64,000 bases of DNA from Acidimicrobiales bacterium (GTDB lineage Bacteria; Actinomycetota; Acidimicrobiia; Acidimicrobiales; Iamiaceae), in contig JAUJOW010000005.1 in assembly GCA_030447445.1 (NCBI GenBank), forward strand, positions 96,053-160,052, in the 5' to 3' direction. Below are positions 58,501-64,000 of this stretch, piece after piece (position 1 is the first letter of the stretch; each line of letters opens with the position of its first letter). A program made the translations under genes and the position numbers. A model generated the notes under the pieces. It had not been told where the DNA came from. It ran no database searches and saw only the letters and a list, made by a program, of their open reading frames with translations.

Positions 58501-58542
58501 AGTTAGGGCAGCTTTACAGATCGCGGGCGGTCTGGCTACGTT

Positions 58543-59571
58543 GTGGCCGTGCGTCGCCGCCCCCTGTCCGTCGTCGCCGGCGCCGTCGCCCTGGCTGCCC
58601 TCCTGCTCGTCGGCCTGCCCGCCTGCAGCAGCGGCAACGACCGCCTGGTCGTCTACTCGGGTCGCAGCGAGGAGCTCATCGGCCCGCTGCTCGAACGGTT
58701 CTCCGATGAGACCGGCGTCAAGATCGACGTCCGGTACGGGGACTCCCCCGAGCTGGCCCTGCTCATCGACCAGGAGGGTGATGCGTCGCCGGCCGACGTG
58801 TTCATCTCCCAGAACCCCGGTGCGGTCGGCTTCCTCGACCAGCAGGGTCGGTTGAAGCCGCTGCCGCCCGACGTGGTCCGCCGGGTGCCGGCCCAGGACC
58901 ACGCCGAGGACCGCACCTGGGTGGGGCTCTCGGGGCGGGTGCGGGTGCTCGTCTACAACACCGAGCTGGTGTCCGAGGATGACCTGCCCCGCTCCGTCCT
59001 CGACCTGACCGCCGAGCAGTACCGCGGCGAGGTGGCGGTGGCCCCGACCAACGGCTCGTTCATCGACTTCGTCACCGCCATGCGGAGCGAGCTCGGCGAC
59101 GACCAGGCCCGCGAGTGGCTCGAGGGCATGGCCGACAACGACTCGCCGACCTACGCCAACAACAACGCCATCGTGGCCGCCGTCGGTCGAGGCGAGGTGC
59201 CGATGGGCCTCGTCAACCACTACTACAACCTCCGGGCCAAGGCCGAGGACCCGGGCGTCCCCTCGGAGAACTGGTACTTCCCGGCCGAGGATGACGTCGG
59301 CTCGCTGCTGATCGTCACCACCGCTTCGAAGCTGGGCACCACCGACCGCGACGACGATGCCGAGGAGCTGGTCGAGTTCCTGCTGAGCGAGGAGGCCCAG
59401 CGCTTCTTCGGCGAGGAGACCTTCGAGTACCCGCTCGTGGAAGGGGTGGCGCCACCATCGGAGGTCCCGAAGCTGGCCGAGCTGAGCGTGACCCGGGTCG
59501 ACCTCGACGAGCTGGGGTCCGGGCTGCGGGCCACCCAGGACCTGATCGACGAGAGCGGCCTCGCCGAGTGA
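58543..59571 (+). CDS. Fe(III)-type ABC transporter substrate-binding lipoprotein (FbpA/AfuA-like)
   Basis: Lipobox GLPACSS. LVVYSGRSEELIGPLLERFSDETGVKIDVRYGDS is typical of iron(III) SBPs. Confidence 0.8.
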   Translation: MAVRRRPLSVVAGAVALAALLLVGLPACSSGNDRLVVYSGRSEELIGPLLERFSDETGVKIDVRYGDSPELALLIDQEGDASPADVFISQNPGAVGFLDQQGRLKPLPPDVVRRVPAQDHAEDRTWVGLSGRVRVLVYNTELVSEDDLPRSVLDLTAEQYRGEVAVAPTNGSFIDFVTAMRSELGDDQAREWLEGMADNDSPTYANNNAIVAAVGRGEVPMGLVNHYYNLRAKAEDPGVPSENWYFPAEDDVGSLLIVTTASKLGTTDRDDDAEELVEFLLSEEAQRFFGEETFEYPLVEGVAPPSEVPKLAELSVTRVDLDELGSGLRATQDLIDESGLAE

Positions 59572-61283
59572 TCGCTGCCCCGCCGACGGCGACCACCACG
59601 GCGGCGGGGCTGTCGGCCGACGGCGATGCGGGCGTGGCGGGGGGAACGGCGCCGGCCTCGTCGGGCGGCTCCCCCGCCGACGGCCCCCCGTTCGGCCTGG
59701 CCGTGGTCGGGACCGTCGTGGCCGTCGTGTTCAGCGCCCCGCTCGTCTACCTGGCCGTCCGCAACGGCATCGAGCTGGAGACCACGGTCGAGGCGATCAC
59801 CTCACGGGCCACGCTCGACCCGTTGCGGCGCACGGTGACGCTGGCCGTGGCCGTGTCGGCCACGGCAGCAGCCGTCGGCACCGGTCTGGCCTGGCTCACC
59901 ACCCGATCCGACCTCCCGTGGCGGCGGCTCTGGCGCACCCTGGCCCCGCTGCCACTCGTGTTCCCGTCCTTCGTGGCGGCGTCGGCCCTGCTCGCCGGGT
60001 TCGCCCGCGGTGGGCTGCTCGACGAGCTGCTGGGCCCCATCGGGGTGGACCGCCTGCCGGACCTGGAGGGGTTCTCGGGGGCGTGGCTCGTGCTCAGCCT
60101 CTTCACCTACCCGTACGTCTTCCTCCCGGTGGCGGCCCGGTTCGCCACCCTGCCACCGTCGCTCGAGGAGAGCGCCCGGCTGCTCGGCCGCTCACCCCTG
60201 CGGGTGTTCCGGTCGGTGGTGCTGCCGCAGGCGGCGCCGGCGGTGGCCGCGGGCACGCTCCTCGTCTTCCTCTACACGGTGAGCGACTTCGGGGCCGTGC
60301 AGCTCTTGCGCTACGACACCTTCACGCGCGTCATCTACGGGTCCCGCGTGACGAACCCTGGGCGCTCGCTGGCGCTGAGCCTGCTCCTCGGCCTGCTCGC
60401 CGTCGCCGTGGTCGCCGGTGAGCGCCTGGTGGCCCGGCGTCGGACCCGCATCGAGGCGGTACGGGCCCGGCGACCTCTCCAGGTGCCGCTCGGGCGGTGG
60501 CGATGGCCGGCCTTCGCGGTGGTGGTCGCCGTCCTCGGCAGCGCCCTGCTCGGGCCGGTGATCGTGCTCGGGTGGTGGGTGGCACGGGGCCTCCTCGGTG
60601 GTGCCGGCAGTCGCAGCGGCAACAGCGTCGTCACAGCGCTGGACGACGCCGGGATCGGCGACCTCGTGGTCCCTGCCGCCAACACCGCCGTCATCGGCGT
60701 GGTGGCGGCCGTGGCCACCGTGGCCGCCATCCTCCCGGTCGCCTACCTCACCGGGCGCTACCGGAGCCGGGTGGGCGACGCCGCCAACGCCCTGGTGGTC
60801 GGGGGCTTCGCCCTCCCCGGCCTGGTGATCGCCTTCGCCATCGGCTACTGGGCGTTGCGCAGCCCGGCCTCGGGGTGGCTCTACCAGAGCTTCCCGCTGC
60901 TGGTCGCCGCCTACGTGATGCATTTCGGGGCCCAGTCCATGCGGGCGTCGCAGGTGGCGGTGGCGGCCGTGCCCCGTGGCCTCGAGGATGCCGCCCGCAT
61001 GCTCGGCGCCGCCCGCTGGCGTCGCCTCCGGACCGTGGAGCTACCCCTGATGCTGCCCGGGCTCGGCGCCGGCGCCGGCCTCGTGCTGCTGTCGGTCATG
61101 AAGGAGCTGCCGGCCACGTTGTACCTCCGCCCCATCGGCTTCGAGACCCTCGCCACCGAGGTGTGGGGGGCGGCCAGCGAGGGCTACCTGGCCCGAGCCG
61201 GTCTCGGCTCGTTGGTGCTCGTCGCCCTGTCGGGGATGCTCACCTGGGTGCTCGTCGTCCGCCGGTCCGAGCGGTTCGACTGA
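59568..61283 (+). CDS. Fe(III)-type ABC transporter permease, duplicated (two-domain) FbpB-like
   Basis: 571 aa with two EAA-loop regions (EESARLLGRSPLRVFRSVVLPQ and EDAARMLGAARWRRLRTVELPL). 4-nt overlap with the SBP gene. Confidence 0.85.
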   Translation: MIAAPPTATTTAAGLSADGDAGVAGGTAPASSGGSPADGPPFGLAVVGTVVAVVFSAPLVYLAVRNGIELETTVEAITSRATLDPLRRTVTLAVAVSATAAAVGTGLAWLTTRSDLPWRRLWRTLAPLPLVFPSFVAASALLAGFARGGLLDELLGPIGVDRLPDLEGFSGAWLVLSLFTYPYVFLPVAARFATLPPSLEESARLLGRSPLRVFRSVVLPQAAPAVAAGTLLVFLYTVSDFGAVQLLRYDTFTRVIYGSRVTNPGRSLALSLLLGLLAVAVVAGERLVARRRTRIEAVRARRPLQVPLGRWRWPAFAVVVAVLGSALLGPVIVLGWWVARGLLGGAGSRSGNSVVTALDDAGIGDLVVPAANTAVIGVVAAVATVAAILPVAYLTGRYRSRVGDAANALVVGGFALPGLVIAFAIGYWALRSPASGWLYQSFPLLVAAYVMHFGAQSMRASQVAVAAVPRGLEDAARMLGAARWRRLRTVELPLMLPGLGAGAGLVLLSVMKELPATLYLRPIGFETLATEVWGAASEGYLARAGLGSLVLVALSGMLTWVLVVRRSERFD

Positions 61284-62920
61284 TGGTGCGGAGGAACGGG
61301 CCGGGGGCCCCGGCCCAGCTGCGACCGGTGATGCTCGCCGTCGGGGCGGTGGTGGCCGCCGCTGCCCTCGTCGCCCTTCCCGCCCGGGCCAGCCGAGGGG
61401 GCCAGACCACCGCCGACGAGCCGCAGTACCTGCTCAGCGCCGTCAGCCTGGCCGAGGACCGCTCCCTCGACATCGGCGACGAGCTGGCCGACGAGCGGTG
61501 GCGGGACTTCCACCGCGCCGCCCTGCCGGTGCAGACCGAGCCCTTGCCCGACGGGCGCGAGCTCAGCCCCCACGACCCGCTGCTCCCGGTGCTGCTCGCC
61601 GGCCCCATGGCGGCCGGCGGGTGGCAGGCGGCCAAGGCCGCCCTCGCCGTGCTGGCCGGCGCCCTGGGTGCCGCGCTCGTGTGGGTGGCCGTGCGTCGCT
61701 TCGACGTCGGCCTGGTGCCGGCCGCACTGGTGGTCACCGCCTTCGGCCTCGCCCCACCCCTGACCACCTACGGCACCCAGGTGTACCCCGAGATCCCCGC
61801 CGCCCTGGCGCTCACCGTGGGCGTCGCCGCCGTAGCCGGGCCGCTCGATCGGCGGGGACGCTGGCTCGTGGTCACCGCCGTCGTCGCCCTCCCCTGGCTG
61901 GCGGTCAAGTACGTGCCGGTGGCGGCGGCGTTGGCAGTGGTGGCCATGGTCGTGCTGGTCCGCCGTCGTGCCGATCGCCGGTCCGCCCTCGCGCTCACCG
62001 CCGGCCTCGGCGCGGCCGGAGCCGTGTTCCTCGCCGTCCACCAGGCCGTCTACGGCGGTTGGACGGTCTACGCCGCCGGCGACCACTTCACCAGCGGTGA
62101 GCTGTCGGTCATGGGCACCACCCCCGACTACGGCGGGCGGTCGCTGCGCCTCGTCGGCCTGCTCGTCGACCGGAACTTCGGGCTGGCGGCGTGGGCGCCG
62201 GTGTTCCTACTCGCCGTGCCTGCCGTCGCCGCGCTGGTCCGTCGCCGCCCGCCGGGCTGGCCGGCGGTGGTCGTCCCGCTGGCCGCCGGTTGGTTCAACG
62301 CCACCTTCGTCGCACTGACGATGCACGGGTGGTGGTGGCCCGGCCGCCAGGTCGTGGTCGTCGTGCCCTGTCTGGTGCTGGCCACCGCCTGGTGGGCCGG
62401 CCACGCGCCGGCGCGATGGATCCGGCCGGCCGTCGCCGCCCTGGCCGTGGCCGCCGCCGGGCTCTGGTGGCCGTACCTGGCCGAGGTCCTTGCCGGTTCC
62501 AAGACCCTGATCATCGACGTGGACCGCAGCGTTGGTCCGCTGGCCTCGGCCTGGCGGGCGTTGCTGCCCGACTACACCGAGGCCACAGCGTCCACCTGGC
62601 TCCGGCACGGCCTCTGGCTGGTGGCGCTGGTCGCGCTGGTCGCCGCCGGCTGGCGCAGCGGCGCCCCACTCCGATCCCCCGTCCCCCAATCCCGTCAACC
62701 CGACCCATCGAGGAGCACCACCATGTCCCTGCGTAAGCGCCAGATCCTGGCTGGCCTGTCTGTCATCGCGCTCCTCTTCACCGCTGCCTGCGGTGAGGAC
62801 GACGGTGGCGACGTCCGCAACGTCGGCGAGGGCTCCGGGTCGGGCACCGGCTCGGGGAGCGGGTCGGGTTCGGGCAGCGGTTCCAAAGCCGGCTCGGGCA
62901 GCGGCTCCGAGACCGGGTAG
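61283..62920 (+). CDS. Polytopic membrane protein, possible GT-C-fold glycosyltransferase; the frame has no stop before the downstream lipoprotein start
   Basis: TGATG overlap with the permease. At least 10 hydrophobic helices. The early loop ADEPQYLLSAVSLAEDRSLDIGDE resembles the DExxY loop of ArnT/PMT-type GT-C enzymes (weak). The frame runs on in-frame through ATG 62723 to TAG 62920. Confidence 0.45.
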   Translation: MVRRNGPGAPAQLRPVMLAVGAVVAAAALVALPARASRGGQTTADEPQYLLSAVSLAEDRSLDIGDELADERWRDFHRAALPVQTEPLPDGRELSPHDPLLPVLLAGPMAAGGWQAAKAALAVLAGALGAALVWVAVRRFDVGLVPAALVVTAFGLAPPLTTYGTQVYPEIPAALALTVGVAAVAGPLDRRGRWLVVTAVVALPWLAVKYVPVAAALAVVAMVVLVRRRADRRSALALTAGLGAAGAVFLAVHQAVYGGWTVYAAGDHFTSGELSVMGTTPDYGGRSLRLVGLLVDRNFGLAAWAPVFLLAVPAVAALVRRRPPGWPAVVVPLAAGWFNATFVALTMHGWWWPGRQVVVVVPCLVLATAWWAGHAPARWIRPAVAALAVAAAGLWWPYLAEVLAGSKTLIIDVDRSVGPLASAWRALLPDYTEATASTWLRHGLWLVALVALVAAGWRSGAPLRSPVPQSRQPDPSRSTTMSLRKRQILAGLSVIALLFTAACGEDDGGDVRNVGEGSGSGTGSGSGSGSGSGSKAGSGSGSETG

Positions 62921-63215
62921 GGCTCGGGTTCCGAGGCTGGTTCCGGTTCGGCCGCCGCTGCCGAGTGCCAACCGGTCGGTGATCCCGCCGACGCCGACAC
63001 CACCGTCGAGACCACCCTCGAGGGAGTGGACCATCGAGCCGTCGCAAGACGACGTCGACGCCGGGGCCGTCGCCTTCGAGGCCGTCAACGAGGGCGAGGA
63101 GCCCCACGAGCTCGTGGTCGTCTCCGGCGTGGCCACCGCCGACCTGCCTCGGGACGACGGGACCATCGAGGCCCACCTGGCGGAGGGGATGGTCACCACC
63201 TTCACCGTGGGCTGA
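62723..63215 (+). pseudogene. Lipoprotein with Gly/Ser linker and cupredoxin-like C-terminal domain, apparently disrupted (in-frame TAG 62918 and +1 frameshift near 63022)
   Basis: GAGGAG Shine-Dalgarno sequence 8 nt before the ATG. MSLRKRQILAGLSVIALLFTAACG lipobox, then (GS)n, TAG, more GS..AAAAECQPVGDPADADTTVETTLE. The domain EWTIEPSQDDVDAGAVAFEAVNEGEEPHELVVV continues in the next frame. Confidence 0.5.
62831..62950 (+). repeat. Degenerate GGN-TCN hexanucleotide (Gly-Ser coding) repeat tract
   Basis: GGCTCCGGGTCGGGCACCGGCTCGGGGAGCGGGTCGGGTTCGGGCAGCGGTTCC...GGCTCGGGTTCCGAGGCTGGTTCCGGTTCG. It contains the in-frame TAG. Confidence 0.8.
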
Positions 63216-63232
63216 CCCGAGCCCACGGCGGA

Positions 63233-63901
63233 TCACTCGGCGAGGACGAGGATCCTCGTGCTGGCGAAGGCGCCGATGCCCACGTGGTGGTCGCCGATCT
63301 CCACGGTGGTGGTGCCGTCGGGGGAAGAGGCGGTGATGCGCCCGACCTTGCCCGGCAGCACCTCGGCCTCCTCCAGGAACTCGAGCATCCCGGGCGCGAA
63401 CTCCAGCTCCTCGGGGATGCGGGCCACGGTGAAGGGATCGCCGACCTCGACGTCGGACAGGGTGACGGTGTCGGGCACCACATAGTCGGCCCCGGGGATG
63501 GGGTTGCCGTGGGGGCAGGTGGTGGGGGCACCGAGGTAGCGGGCGATGGCCTCCTCGACGTTCTCGGAGATGACGTGCTCCCAGCGACCCGCCTCCTTGT
63601 GGGCCTCCGCCCAGGACAGGCCCAGGATGTCGGTGAGGAACCGCTCGGCCAGGCGGTGGCGCCGCACCACCCGCTCGGCCAGCCGGGAGCCGGCGCTGGT
63701 CAGGCGGATCTGGCCGTCGATCTCCACCAGCCCCTCGTGCTCGAGGCGCCGGATCATCTCCGACACGGCGGGGCGGGACACCCCCAGCCGATCGGCGATG
63801 CGGGCCTGGATGACGTCGACGTCGTCCTCCCGAAGCTCGAACACCGCCTCGCAGTACTCCTCGAAGGCGGGGTGGTACTCGGGGGTGCGGTACTCGGCCA
63901 C
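63233..63901 (-). CDS. DtxR/IdeR/MntR-family metal-dependent repressor
   Basis: GTG 63901. ARIADRLGVSRPAVSEMIRRLEHEGLV HTH, HRLAERFL, EAHKEAGRWEHV metal-site region, and a C-terminal SH3-like (FeoA-like) domain. Confidence 0.85.
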   Translation of the reverse strand: MAEYRTPEYHPAFEEYCEAVFELREDDVDVIQARIADRLGVSRPAVSEMIRRLEHEGLVEIDGQIRLTSAGSRLAERVVRRHRLAERFLTDILGLSWAEAHKEAGRWEHVISENVEEAIARYLGAPTTCPHGNPIPGADYVVPDTVTLSDVEVGDPFTVARIPEELEFAPGMLEFLEEAEVLPGKVGRITASSPDGTTTVEIGDHHVGIGAFASTRILVLAE

Positions 63902-63977
63902 ACCGGCATTGTACGAGCCGTCCCGATGGTCCCTCCGACTTCTCCGACGGGAGCCGCCGCCGATACCGTCGGCCCTC

Positions 63978-63991
63978 GTGAACCGGTTCAC
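63978..63991. promoter_or_regulatory. Perfect 14-bp palindrome upstream of the DtxR-family gene (candidate operator)
   Basis: GTGAACCGGTTCAC, self-complementary. Lies 77-90 nt upstream of GTG 63901, close to the window edge. Confidence 0.25.
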
Positions 63992-64000
63992 ACGCTCCTG

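Noticed and set aside
58502-58520. A/T-richer TTAGGGCAGCTTTACAGAT between the GT2 and the iron SBP gene, considered as an IdeR/DtxR iron box
   Set aside because: It matches only about 11 of 19 positions of the TTAGGTTAGGCTAACCTAA consensus as I remember it, and it is not palindromic. It may still be promoter DNA, but an iron-box call is not supportable by eye.
62831-62950. Repeat tracts (the GS-coding hexamers here and the heptamer repeat at 11566-11610) considered as CRISPR arrays
   Set aside because: The units are 6-7 bp with no spacers, and no cas genes are present. These are microsatellite-type repeats, not CRISPR.

Overview
High-GC actinobacterial chromosome segment. The evidence is a WhiB-family protein, a class E sortase, two HelD-type helicases, a PdtaS-type kinase, DUF3107 and a DtxR/IdeR-type repressor; an Acidimicrobiia-like origin is only my inference. 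I call about 60 tightly packed protein genes, many with 1-11 nt start/stop overlaps. I saw no rRNA, tRNA, CRISPR array or intact transposase. Content from left to right: DUF885, TetR, Zn-ADH, esterase, tandem GNAT; a GT4/glycosidase pair; a Tat-secreted PhoX-like propeller; an SPL-like PLP enzyme and an FGGY kinase. Then an acyl-CoA carboxylase/crotonase cluster interrupted by helD, a sortase E plus long PIMT-type methyltransferase operon, and a complete System I cytochrome c maturation operon (ccmABCDEFGHI) with a coupled lipoprotein. Next come AtuA-like genes, a frameshifted DUF222/HNH pseudogene beside a lower-GC scar, and an Fe-S module (cysteine desulfurase, SufR-like regulator, Mrp). These are followed by a Moco oxidoreductase plus cytochrome b, the DUF3107-ArsA-ArsA-pdtaS-whiB block, GDPD, AIM24, DAG kinase, etfBA, an ALO-type oxidase, a second carboxyltransferase-helD pair, SDR and P450. 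The window ends with an iron ABC transporter split by a glycosylation-like module and a disrupted Gly/Ser-linker lipoprotein. Most interesting: (1) a lower-GC, RiPP-type long PIMT methyltransferase attached to the sortase gene with no precursor nearby; (2) System I ccm in a WhiB-bearing organism; (3) the recurring carboxyltransferase-HelD adjacency; (4) the glycosylation module and reading-frame anomalies in the iron locus; (5) a 7-bp tandem repeat and a small REP-like hairpin family. No defence system or clearly novel multi-gene system can be proven from sequence alone. All functions rest on motif recognition by eye, and start codons are approximate.
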